Origin: Schizochytrium sp. TIO01
Taxonomy: Eukaryota; Protista; Bigyra: Labyrinthulomycetes
Assembly (NCBI GenBank): GCA_004764695.1
Contig: SMSO01000014.1
Location: forward strand, 5,094,845 to 5,158,844
Length of the DNA: 64,000 nt
Direction of reading: 5' to 3'
A model generated the notes under the pieces. It had not been told where the DNA came from and ran no database searches. It saw only the letters and a list, made by a program, of their open reading frames with translations. This document shows positions 24,960 to 36,915 of this stretch, in pieces (within the stretch, counting starts at the first letter, position 1; the number at the start of each line of letters is the position of its first letter). A program made the translations under genes and the position numbers.

Positions 24960-27751
24960 TTACTTGCTGCCCCAACCGCCAGTGTTGGAAACGCCACCGA
25001 AACCAGAGCTACTGTTGTTTTTCGCAAACGAGGCAAATCCACCGGATGACGGCGTACTGCTCGACGCAGCCGGGGTAGAAGTGCTTGAAGCGGGTGATCC
25101 AAACATTCCTCCACCTCCTAAAGCAGAGGTTGAGCCAAATGAACTTCCGCCACCAAGAGTAGAGGTCGAGCCAAAGCCACTTCCACCGCCAAGAGAAGAG
25201 GTCGCGCCAAATGTACTAGAAGCACCACCAAAGAGTGATTTTGATGCCTCACCAGAGGCCGGGGCTTTCGTGGAAGAGCCAAATGAGCTGGATGAAAACC
25301 CCCCTGATGGGGTACTACCGCCAAAGTTCAAGCTTGACTTGGCAGGAGTTGAAACAGAGGGCTCAGAACCAGTGTTGTCCTCTTCAGAGTCATTTTCATC
25401 GTCTGTGTTCTCTTGCTCTTCATCAGCAGCATTGCGTGGAGTTCCAAAGAGGTTCTTGCTTGCTGCAGGAGTGCTTCCACTGCTGGCATTGTTGCCGCCA
25501 AACAAGGACCCACCAGTAGAAGAGGATCCAAACAGCGAGCTTCCTCCAGTGGAGGATGATCCAAAGCCCGAAAAACTACTTTTGGTGCCACTACCACCAA
25601 AAAGACCTCCACTTGATGAGGAAGGAGTGCTGGTAGAATTAGACCCAAAAGAACTGAACATAGAATTTGATGAGCTAGAACTTCCGAAGAGAGTGCCAGT
25701 AGACTTAGCAGGAGCAGCAGGTGTACTTGCCTTGTTCGGGTTGCTAGGATCAAACTGCTCCACCTTCTTCATGGTCTCCATCGGGGGGTACGGATTGCTA
25801 GCCTTGGGTTTCGCAGCCGAAGCAGCAGCAGCAGCAGCAGCTGGTTTGCTGGGGTCAAACTGTTCTACCTTCTTCATGGTCTCCATCGGGGGGTACGGAT
25901 TGCTAGCCTTGGGTTTCGCAGCCGAAGCAGCAGCAGCAGCAGCAGCTGGTTTGCTGGGGTCAAACTGTTCTACCTTCTTCATGGTCTCCATCGGGGGGTA
26001 CGGATTGCTAGCCTTGGGTTTTGCAGCTGGAGCAGCAGCAGCTGGTTTGCTGGGGTCAAATTGCTCCACCTTCTTCATGGTCTCCATAGGAGGATACGGG
26101 TTACTAGCCTTGGGCTTAGCTGCAGCTGCGCTGGTATCGCTCGTCTTTGAGGCCGATTCTGTTGCAGCTGGCTTACTCTCTACAGCTGCACTACTTGAAC
26201 CAAAGGAGAACATGGGCTTAGCTGCTGCAGCAGCTCCATTGTTTGATCCGCTTCCCGAAAAGGAGAAGGTAGATTGTCCTCCTCCACTGCCGCCAAATGA
26301 GAACGTTGACGCACCAGTACCAGAGCTTGCGGAGTTGGAGGTACTGCTACTGCCTGCAAAATTGAAGGCAGGCTTGGACTCACCTGATGAAGCTGTGGAA
26401 CTTCCGCCAAAGCCAAAGGTAGACTTGCTGCCGGAGCTGGCTCCACTAAAGTCAAGTGCGGGCTTTGTAGCACTAGACGAGCCACCTCCAATGTTGAACG
26501 AGAAACTACTCTTTGCCTTCTCCTTAGCAGCTTCCTCTTCTTTAGCCTTCTCCTCAGCCTTGCTTCCCGGGCGTGCCTTATCGCAACACATGCAGACGTC
26601 TACTGCATTAGGGTTCATAGTACGGCACGGCTCGCAGCGCCAGTCGGTACCATCCTTGAGAAGCGCCGGGCCAAGATCACGTTGCGGCTTATAGTCATCA
26701 GACTCGAAGGACTCGAGGCTGATTTCAGAGCCGTCCGAATCACTGCCATCATCAGCGTCTGAAGCAAAGCCTTCCTCGACGTCTTCTTCTTCGTCATCAT
26801 CGAAATCCTCTTCGTCCTCGTCTTCGTTTGCGTCCTCGTCATCATCTTCTTCGACGTCCTCCTCGTCGTTGTAGTCGTCTTCCTCCACCTCTTCTTCTTC
26901 TTCATCGTCGTCATTATCATTTCCGTTAGGGGAAGCAACGTAGGGTTCTTGAGAAGCAGCGCCTGATTGCGGGGACCTAGACAAGCTTTGTGATGCAAAG
27001 GTAGAGCGAGGGGATCCAACGGGGCTCTGCGGACCAAGATCCATCTTGGAAAATTCATAGGTAATGTCGTTACGATGCCAATCTTTTTCGGTGTCACGGT
27101 GGAGTTCAAACATGGCCTTCTGACAAATCTTGTACTGGCGAACAAACTCTGCGCGATCCTTGCCCGCGCCAAACTTAAGCTTCAAGCAGGTGTCCTTAAT
27201 ATTCACTCCAGCCGAGTCGCTAGAGGTATCTTGCGTCCATAGCATGCAACCCTTGTCATCGTACACAAAGGCAAATGCAGTATCAGGGTGCACCAAGTGG
27301 GAGTTGAGCAGCTTGTCTTTGTTCGAGGCTGCTCTGCCAACGATTGCTACGCGAGATTCGTTGTTGACGGCCTTCTGATACAAGCGCAAAGTGCCAGATC
27401 CAATATCCTGCCAGCGACTTGCGTCAAATGATTCTCCTCCTTTGTCAGCGTCACTGAGCACATATGTCTCAACAGAGACAGGACTATATCATAGAGATAC
27501 ACAGATTGTGGATGGAAACATTCACGAACATTTATATGTCAAACGTAGCAACACCACCATCACCACCAGGCGCCCAGTTTTGATGTCGCAAGGCATGGCA
27601 AACAAACGCAGAATAAAGTGGTTAGTTGCTCTGTAATTGATGATCGCAAGGATTTCGTGGCTAGTTATTCGCGAACAAAGCGGACTCAGCCCATTGAAAC
27701 AATCCGTCGTCTTGCAATTTAAACTTACGCCTCAAACAGAGTCTTCTCCAT
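24960..27751 (-). CDS. FG-repeat nucleoporin-like protein, 848 aa, 2 exons (27729-27751 and 24960-27483): RanBD/PH-like N-terminus, acidic tract, RanBP2-type zinc finger, FxFG/FG repeats
   Basis: Exon 1 ATG GAG AAG ACT CTG TTT GAG GC|GTAAGT joins in frame at ...TATAG|T CCT GTC to give MEKTLFEAPVSVETYVLSD...WQDIGSGTLRL, which resembles the Ran-binding-domain start (E..LF...W.ERG.G.L.L). Zinc finger W-R-C-x2-C-x3-N-x6-C-x2-C at ~26570-26645. Numerous FSFG/FGFG/LFG motifs follow. Confidence 0.88.
25743..26117 (-). repeat. Intragenic tandem repeat, 4 copies of KPKASNPYPPMETMKKVEQFDPS with Ala-rich linkers (periods 105, 105 and 96 bp)
   Basis: ATGGTCTCCA recurs at 25771, 25876, 25981 and 26077. 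Segments 25771-25875 and 25876-25980 are identical. Confidence 0.95.
27484..27728 (-). other. Spliceosomal GT-AG intron (245 nt, phase 2) of the nucleoporin-like gene
   Basis: Consensus donor GTAAGT at 27723-27728 and acceptor TAG at 27484-27486. Splicing preserves frame and supplies the ATG that the GTG-started ORF lacks. Confidence 0.8.
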
Positions 27752-28545
27752 GTTTGTTGCTCTTGAGCTTTGCTCTATTCTAAAAGTAAGTATACCTGGC
27801 GTGCTTTCAGGGGTTTAAGCAGTCTCTTGACAGCCGTTTTGTACTTGCTCTTTGCTGGGGGCCAGACAAACAAGCAAGCCAATCGATCGAACGATGCCTC
27901 GATCGACAGAGCCGCGCCTCTCGAAGCGCCCACGAGTTGCCAGTCCAGTGCAGCCAACCAGCGAGCACCCAGCGAGCAAGCCAACACACAAACGACACGC
28001 TCGGTCGCAAGTGGAGTGGACTTCAATGGAGCTTTGCTATCCGTCAGTCTCAATCACTGAAAATGGCTGCCCATTATATAACATACATCATAATATTCAT
28101 CCCATCAACTCCACAGAAGCAATCAATATAAACATAGGTAATACGTATCCATAATAGTCATACACAATGCCCGAATCAAATCCATCCTGCACTCGCCTAC
28201 GCTTCATCAAGCGTCCGCCTATCCAATCAAACCTGCCCATGGCGCTACGCAGTCCAATCCACTAGGCGAGAACACAAACTCGAATACTTCATGAAAGACG
28301 GCGCGGCCTGAGGAGTGCTCTCAAACCTGAGTCCAGACTCGACTCGTGGCCATTATCCTGAGGAACACGGAGTCTGACGGCGAACCCGCCCGTTGTACAC
28401 TCCGAAGTCGGAGACCAAGTCGCCTAGGACTATCTATGCCGCGGGTAGGAGTGCTGGTAGTGGTGGTTGGTGGTGGCATAAAATAACTTCACTTCGCAAT
28501 GGGTGAATGAATTGAATTAGGAGGTGCCACATAGCTAAGCTGGGT

Positions 28546-28641
28546 ACATACATACAAACATACATACATACATACATACATACATACATACATACATACA
28601 TACATACATACATACATACATACATACATACATACATACAT
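28546..28641. repeat. (CATA)n microsatellite, ~24 copies
   Basis: Directly visible, with one CAAA variant. Confidence 0.95.
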
Positions 28642-29696
28642 AGCTGGTATGAGAAGCAGGTGTAGGTGCCTGTGCAGAAAGCAGAAAGCAGATGTGTACA
28701 AAAAGGGTTCTGAAAGAGAAGAAATCGTGCTTCAAGAGATTGACGATTTGGTCTAGTGCTGTATACAAAATTTTGGAGCACAGGCGGAAGACTGAAAACG
28801 GCTGGAGATTGCTTTGGCAAGAGCAAAGACAATCAACCAACTGGGAGAAAGCCGAGCGGTGAATTTGGCGCAAGTAAAATGAAGACGTGGATCGGAGAGG
28901 CTGGAGAAGATGAAGTGAAGGAATGGATTTTGCTGGAATGGCTGCCAGTAAGTACAACAATATGTTTGTGACGAAGTTTTAGATGGAAGAGATTATAGCA
29001 CTCTCAACAGTCAAAGGAGCTTCCTGTAAACCTTTTTACATTGGGTTTCAGTTTTATGAAACCCAAATCAGAACATTCATCTCAGACAGATATTACTAAT
29101 GCAGAAAGAAAGGAATTACTTTTGGCTTCGATTCTCTCTAGATTGAATACTTTAGAATAAGATACGTCTCTGTACCCCTCGCTGCTGTCGCTATATCTGC
29201 TGTATGAAGATTCTGTAGGCAAACACTTCCTTTGAACAGTCAGAAACGAGTGCCATTTGCCTTGTTGACATAGACCTTGAGCTATTCTTGATACAGGTAT
29301 ACCTCGCATGTACAGCTAGTTCCAGTGCACCCTTCTTAACCACACAAGGTTGTCATATCTCCAAAGGCCTTTAATATTCTGAACATTCGAGACGATGGTT
29401 TCCATTGTTACAAGGTAAAAGACAGTGCCAGCTTAAATTTGAGGATTATTATTCGAATTGACAAACATCGGCCAGAGTATCTGTGGTCATATTTGGATTG
29501 TTGAGTGACGTGACCCGCATATTCCGAACTTTTGATCTTGCCCTGACACAAAAAATTGTATTGCTCGATACGATTTTTCGGGACTTGTAATGTCTATACG
29601 CATGGCTTATTGATCAAACCACTCATTTCGACTCCAACAGAAACAGATATAAATTTGTTTACATTCCTGGGAAGTACAAAGAACATCAAGCATCAC

Positions 29697-29729
<33 letters not shown>

Positions 29730-31100
29730 ATGTGCATTCGCTCTTTTCCACTAGAGTTTTCTCTGTGTGAGATGGGGCATGCAACTTGACTTCTTCCTGT
29801 TGATCAGATTATTAAACCTGAAATCGTACTCATTTTAATTAAGGTGGGAATGCCACAAGAATCGTGCTGTATTTAACTATATAGAACCAAACACAGAGAT
29901 GTCGAGAGTAGCTGACCAAAAAAAGAAAAAACATTCTTTTATAATTTTCCTTCCAAAGTCAAGGTGGAAAGATTGTGATACAATTATAACAGTCTCTTGA
30001 CTTTCTGTAATACTACAATTTATTGTCCTCACGTTGGTGGTACTATTGCTAGTTTTATTCCTACTAGGTACTTTGAGTTTTACAGTTGGGGACTTGTAGT
30101 AGAAGAAACAACTTGAGACATTCTAAACAAAATTCGACATAAGCATTTTAAGATGCCCAAGAATGCCATGCTGAGATTACCAATCGAAGGGCGTGATAGA
30201 TATTAGCAGAGTCTTTCGAAGGCAAGTCCTAAACTATAAGGGCGTGTTCGTAAAAAGAATGTGACTATCATAAATGAAGTTGTGAGAACAAGGGAGCTCA
30301 AGAGTGCACTAGATAATCAGGGGGGGGGGGTCGAAAGGACGACTTAAATTAGTGGTTGAAGAAACGAGCCACGTAAACCTTTGAACTCTACGTAATAACG
30401 GATGAAGCATGTCTAGGTCCCTTTAGTAGAACCTAAACCAATCCACCTGGGTGTTGATCTCCAAAGGTAGAAAATCGATAACTTTATGCGCCTAAGTATA
30501 TCTCATCATACTTTCCAAGCTCGTTGGCCTCATCTTCACAGTTAAAATCTGGCTGCTCAGGGGTTAGCTATCAGCATCTCATGAAAAATATAAACCACAT
30601 TTCATTGTAATACGAGTCATCCATGTCCGCAGAAGGAACTTACCACCAACATAGCAAGAAACAACATGCCCAAAACCTTCGATAACAAATAAGGGACTGT
30701 TGCAGAGAACTTCGAATAGTGAAAGTGGCATTTCTATCAGAGCACGGTCTCTACCATCAATCACATAGCTTCTCTATTCCATATTCGCATCTCGTGTCTC
30801 TGAAACGCACGAATGTAGCTTTTGGTTTTCAGAATCTTTGGATATTAAAGAAACCCTAACCATCTAACAATCCAAATTCATTTTGTGCGCCTGTAGCAGC
30901 TTCTCATGATATATGAAACTACTTATGCCCATGAGCCAGGGTTGTATGATAAACTCCTTCAGTTCTCTTCGAGCGCCTTGGCAGCCCTGCGCCCGTTCCT
31001 TTTTCTTTTTATGAGAAAGCATCTTCTCATTCTCTCATCAACTGAAACTCGACGTAATTGGCTATATGTTAATATTAAATCAGATGCTTCTACTCATAAA

Positions 31101-31574
31101 TCCACTGTTGCCAGCTAGAGGCTGCCAAGAGTGTCTGTAGGTATAAACACACCTAGTCCTCAATCTCCATTTTATGAGTTCCACTGTTGCCAGCTAGAGG
31201 CTGCCAAGAGGGTCTGTAGGTATAAACACACCTAGTCCTCAATCTCCATTTTATGAGTTCCACTGTTGCCAGCTAGAGGCTGCCAAGAGTGTCTGTAGGT
31301 ATAAACACACCTAGTCCTCAATCTCCAGTTTATGAGTTCCACTGTTGCCAGCTAGAGGCTGCCAAGAGTGTCTGTAGGTATAAACACACCTAGTCCTCAA
31401 TCTCCATTTTATGAGTTCCACTGTTGCCAGCTAGAGGCTGCCAAGAGTGTCTGTAGGTATAAACACACCTAGTCCTCAATCTCCATTTTATGAGTTCCAC
31501 TGTTGCCAGCTAGAGGCTGCCAAGAGTGTCTGTAGGTATAAACACACCTAGTCCTCGATCTCCATTTTATGAGT
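31101..31574. repeat. Minisatellite: 6 tandem copies of a 79-bp unit
   Basis: Unit TCCACTGTTGCCAGCTAGAGGCTGCCAAGAGTGTCTGTAGGTATAAACACACCTAGTCCTCAATCTCCATTTTATGAGT starts at 31101, 31180, 31259, 31338, 31417 and 31496. Only three substitutions seen (31211, 31328, 31557). Confidence 0.97.
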
Positions 31575-34500
31575 TTGAGTAGAAACTCATGCCAAAAGAA
31601 CTACTTGTTACCTCATCTGCTGGATCAAGATCTATAGTCGTACTACTAGTACGTAGGTCCTATGCTAATGAATTGGGTTTCCTCACTTGGCTAAAAACTA
31701 TAGTAAAACTATAATATAACTACATTACAGGTGCAATGGTCCTTCAAACAGTGAACTCCTGCCCAAGACAGAGCACTGACGAAGGTGCCAGTAGCTAGTG
31801 AACTCAGCCCTGTGTGCGGTTCGCAAGGCTCTGCGAATCCTCACTCCAGGATTGGAAGTTGGAAATAGAACTACTTCATGATACCAATCGTAGGATGTAC
31901 TAGTTTGTAAGACCTACTAGTACGAAGTTAGGGGTAGGTAAGGGTAGGTAGAGGTAGGTAGGTAGGTAGGCCTCTCAAGAAGGCGTTCGAAGCGATCTCC
32001 AGCAAAGCATTGTAGCAGAACCTACAGCTATCGATCATCTTTTCTGCTTGTGCTAGTAGCACAGCTACTCGTCGAGGGGTGTTTCGAGAGGGCGTAAAAG
32101 AAGAAGGCTGCGAAGAAGTTCGAAGAAGTTCGAAGAAGCTCGGAGAAAGAAGTACTATGTATCCATGCACCTACCTAACTCTTGAGATGACGTTGGTGGG
32201 TTTGTGAGATCATATGAGGCTTGTGCAACACCTACAAAGGTGATGTCGTAGCAGCAAACTAGGCACTTTGAGTATTATGGGTCCATTAGTTTGCGCGGTT
32301 GAAGGCCTTCGTTTTCGTAATACGGTTACCGCAACCATGGTGATTGCCGTGATCTTCAAGGCTCTAGGAACTGCGATCTTCTTGGGGCTCTTCTTCTGAT
32401 TCTTCGTCGAGTTCGTTACTGAATCGTGGCGAGTCGAAGGCCTTCCATCACCGGGACAGGTCGCCCAGAGGTTACCAAAACTCGTTACGATAACATACCC
32501 TGGCCAGCCAATTCCGGAAGGCCGTGCACCGTTTAATGAGCAAAACTTCAGAGGCGATCTGTAGAGCCCATCAGCTCAGGGCAAACAAACGCTTGGTGCC
32601 TAGCTAGGTACATCGATGATCTCAGAACTCAGAGAGATCTTGGACAACCACAGTCCTTGGATGCGTCAAGCGTGGATCTCCAGTAATTCGCAATTTCAGA
32701 ACCGACGAAGCCTCTTGATGCTGATGGTAGTGAACGCAAAGGACCAGAACAGCAAGCGTTTGGAAACATCGCTCGTTGGAGACCTTCCGCCCAGCAGGCT
32801 CCGGGACCGCTGTTGGTTGAACCATATGATCCGTAGCCTTCTCCTCGGCCTCACTTGCACATCTTCTCCCTGTCAGCACGGAGTGCATCGAGCTCGCTGA
32901 AGGCTCTGCTCAAGATGCCTCCAGAGGCCACGCTGACCGACGTGGCGCCCGTCTCCTTCCGCAAGCTGCTCTTCCACTGATCAATCACCGCATCGCCTCC
33001 CATCCGCGAGCAGCTCCCGCGGCATCGAGCTCGAAACGTGTCAGCGTCTGAGCTCAAGACCGCTTCCTTGGTCCTTGAACTTGTCCGTGAGGCGTCGTAG
33101 CGCACAGGTTTCGTCCCATTGCAGAATGCATCCATGCCTGCCTGCCTCCCAGGCATCTATCCATCCATCCATCCATCTCCTCAAGAGCCACCGCAAGAAT
33201 TGCTTTCTCCAAGTTCCCGCCTGCAGCTTCTGTCCAAGCTCCGCCTCCCTCGCGCCTTCGCCGCCCGCTCGCCATCGAGCCCATCGACCCTGCCTGCGCG
33301 AGGCCTTTCTCCAACCAGAGTCAGACAGACAGACAGACAGACAGACAGACCTCTTCCGCTCAGGTCGCTCCGCCGCTTACTCTGAGAGCGCCCTCTCTCT
33401 AACGGACCAAGGCCGCGGTCGCATCTCTTAACGCATTCTCCGCTCCTAGCGCTCCTCCTAACCTTCCGCCTAGTCCCCCCACGCTCAAGGACCGCTGCAG
33501 GCGTCTGCGAGCGGGGTTCCCCCACCGTGGGAGCGCCGCTTCGCGAGCAGAGGGGACACATTCTCTTCATGTCCGCCAGCTGCGGATTGATCCTGCTTCT
33601 GGCTGTGTGGAGGCGCTCGCCCGTCTGCGGGTGCGCGAGCACTTTTCTGCCTCGTGAAAGACCCTCTGTTCCCAGCCAGCCCGCCCTCCCAGAGATCGAG
33701 GGATCGAGCCTCTGCCGAGTTTCTCTCTCTGCGGCCGAGCGACCCACCCATTCTTCCGCCCGCCCGCCCATCCATCCATCCATCCATCCTCTCCCTCGCC
33801 CGGCCCCGCGCCTTTCTCTCTCTCTCTTTATCAGCACGGCCGCCAGCGGCAGCAGCAGGAAGCGGGGCGCGAGCCTGGGTCGCCGCTCCAGCACTACTGC
33901 TCCCTCCTCCACCACTGAGCTCCCACACTTCTTCCCTGAACAACACCCCAAAGCGGGGGATGGTGGCCTTCCGTCCCCGCGTCGGCTTCCAGAAGCGTCA
34001 CACAGCACGGTACCGAGTAGGAAGAGACGGCCGGCGCTGGTCCCCTCCTGCCTGCGTACTGAGTGAGTGCTGCGGTGATCTTTTTTCCCTTTCTTCTTTT
34101 TTTCTTTTCCTTTTCTTTTTTTCCCTCTTTCCTTTCCTCTGTGGAGGAGGGTATCACAGGCGCGTTCGTATCATTCATATTCTGCTCTTCGCTTGGGATG
34201 GGAACTCGGCTGGTGGGCTGGCGGGCTGACGGGCTGAATGGCTCATGGGCTGGAGGATCGCGCGCTCTCCCTTGGAGAGAGAGGCGTTGTCGCCGCTGCC
34301 GTCATCGCTTGCTCGCTTGCTTGCTTGCTTCTCCAGGCCCGGCTCGAGCCTGGAATGGAGGAGGGAAACCTCCCTCCAGTCCCCTCCCTCCGGCGGCCGG
34401 TCACCACAGCCGCGCTCTGTGGACGCCGAGGCCGGCCGCTCCCACCACACATACACACTGCCTCTGGAGAGGCCCCTCCCAGCTACCCTGGGAGGACCTG

Positions 34501-36260
34501 GGGTGGCCCCGCAGCCGCAGACTCGGTGCCTCTGGCGAGTTCTCACGCACTCGCGCCCTCTGGCTGAGACTGGGTAGGAGGCTCCTGCTGTTTTGAGTAG
34601 GAGTCTGAAGAATACCTCTCCGTGTATGTGTTTGTGTGGGTACTTCTTTTCGCTTTCCTTCGTTGCTTCCGACTTACTTTCCTGTGTAGATTGAATTCGT
34701 TCTGCTGTTCCAAGTAAGTAGGAAGAGGCTAGGCACTCCTAGGCGCCGCTTAGTGAGCTAGTTAGTTCGTCAGTTTGTTCGTTCTCTGTGCTTTCGAGTG
34801 ACTTTCTTTCTTTCTTTTCTTTAGATAGAAATAAAAAAATTAAACAAATGGAAAATATGAGAGTCCTCTTTGTTTAACACAGAGAGAGAGAGAAAAGAGA
34901 GAGAGAGGAAACGTGTGTGTGTGTTATCGACGCCTGAGCTGTGCTCGCAGACCCTGCAGGCTCTGCAAGCCTGGGCCCTTCGCAGGCGCTCCGCAGCGGC
35001 TCTTCCGCGCCTGCTCCTCCGCGTGAAGGCGAGGCTGCCAAGGTGAGACGAGCGGCGCTTCGAAGGCTCTCTTTGTTCTCAAGCTTTTCTCTCTTTCAGA
35101 CGATGATAGACATTATTGATCTCTCTCTCTCTCTGTGTCTTTCGCATTGAGTAGTAATTGTGGGTAGCAGATGGCTAGGCGTAACTGGCAGATAAGGGGC
35201 CTTAGGGGACTCGTAGGAACTTAGGTTTGTTTGAGTGTTTGTTTGTTTGTTTGTTCTTTTCCTTTTGTTTAATTAGTTGAGTGAGTGAGTGAGTGATTGT
35301 ATTGTTCTGCTTCGCTTCGAAGGTAGGTACCCCGATAGTATCTGCAGGCTCGCTCGCTCGCTCGCTCAGGCTTGCTGGCTGGCTGTGAGTTTATTTGTTT
35401 GTTTGTTTGTTTGTTTGTTTGTTTGTTTGTTTGTTTGTTTCTGTTCGCTTTCGCAGGGCTTGTTTTATTGTGGTTTTTGCTTTCTGCCACGGTCTTTGGC
35501 GTTGTTTTGAGAAACGATTCGTAGTTTTATTATTATTATTATTATTATTAATTTTATAATTGATTACATAAGTTAGAATGGTTTGAAAGATGGGGCTACG
35601 CCCTCTTACTGCACAGGTAGGGGCCGTTCTTTTGGTGTTCTTGTTGATCGTCTAATTTGTTGGTTTTTCAAGGTATTGACTCTTTAAAATGAATTGAATT
35701 AACAAGTTTAGTTTGGTTTCATCTCAGGCGTCTTCGTTCATTCCTTCATTGCCTCGCTCCGCCTGGCGTAGGGTCCGTGCCCGGCGGAGGAGCGGCGAAG
35801 CAGAGCGGGCCAGGACCAGAGAGAGCGGGAGGAGAACCTAAAGCTTGATCCTATCTATTTGACCGCAAGCCAGGTAGGCTGACCTGCCTGCGGATTGACG
35901 TCCGGGTTTCCAGGAGCTTGTTAGAAGAAGCATTTGTAGTTTTCGACGGCGTCTCTTGTAGGTCTATAGAGAAAGACAGACAGGCAGACAGACAGACATC
36001 GACTTCTGTGCCAAACCTAGCTGGTTTGAGCTACGCCCGCCACGACACGACAACCTCAAACTTGCAGCTGTTAGGATCTGGGAGCCATCACACAGAAATA
36101 CACGTCAGGTCTTCTTTGGGCTTGAGTTCTATAATCAGACGTGCTTTGAGCTCTTCAGAAAGATCAGACTTAGTCCGCGGAGCTCCTTGGGATCGAGCTC
36201 GTCCACTTGATTCTGCCGTAACATCCATTGGAGATATCCACCGTCCAGATATTTGTTTTT

Positions 36261-36287
36261 AGGGGGGGCGGGGCGGGGCGGGGGAGG
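36261..36287 (+). promoter_or_regulatory. G-quadruplex-capable / GC-box tract ~630 bp upstream of the 753-aa gene
   Basis: GGGGGGG-C-GGGG-C-GGGG-C-GGGGG: four G-runs of 4 or more with 1-nt loops. Function is not demonstrated. Confidence 0.4.
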
Positions 36288-36915
36288 CGCTTTTATTGTG
36301 CTGGCAATCTCAAGAGCTCTTGATTCAAGTGCTGTAATATTCTGCTGTGGTGTACCACACCCCAATTCCTAGCTGAGAAGTTGTAAAAAGGACAGAGAGC
36401 GCCTACCGGTGCTGCTTGTTTTGGCGAATAGGTTGGACTGGGCGAACACAGCTTAGTTTCAGATAAGAGGAATTAAGTCTGTCACCACATCATATTGTAT
36501 TTCACTGTACTCCTTCGTCAACTCTTTCCTTGGGTTGGCAACAGGAACTTTCTGATTTCAATAGTAACGTGACGTCTACAACTCTGGTGCTGCGGAGAGA
36601 ACGCAGAAAGTAGCTTTCTTTCGCTCACGTGGGACTTGTGTACAGCTTGGGAGCATCTTCAAGTGTTGGGGACAAGGCACGCGCTAGGATCAAGGCCACC
36701 GGGGAGTTAAGTCAGCATCCCGGACTTCGACTCTTCAAAGCGAGTTGACGACAAGCTTGGCAAGTTGTCTAACCTGGGAATAGAACTGGGAGGAAGTTGC
36801 AGTCCCACCCTCCTTCCGCACACTGCCAGAGAGCCCACTCGCTGTCATCTTCTTGATACAAAGATAGACATATAGATTTATCATAGTGTTCATCAATTGA
36901 GGCTAAAACCATTAA

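Noticed and set aside
24964-26694. 576-aa plus-strand ORF antisense to the nucleoporin-like gene
   Set aside because: Mirror of the low-complexity S/G/A/F-rich sense strand. TTG start and no independent domain.
31101-31574. CRISPR array interpretation of the 79-bp repeat
   Set aside because: No unique spacers (units are contiguous and near-identical), no cas genes, and a eukaryotic context.
31928-31970. Telomere-like G-rich tract
   Set aside because: One TTAGGG only. The rest is a (GGTA)n microsatellite.
33054-34596. Cluster of overlapping 100-275-aa ORFs on both strands (similarly 18.4-23.3 kb and 44.5-45.3 kb)
   Set aside because: Expected in GC-rich, microsatellite-laden DNA. Translations contain repeat-derived runs (LACLLA, SIHPSI, RQTDRQ) and no recognisable domains.
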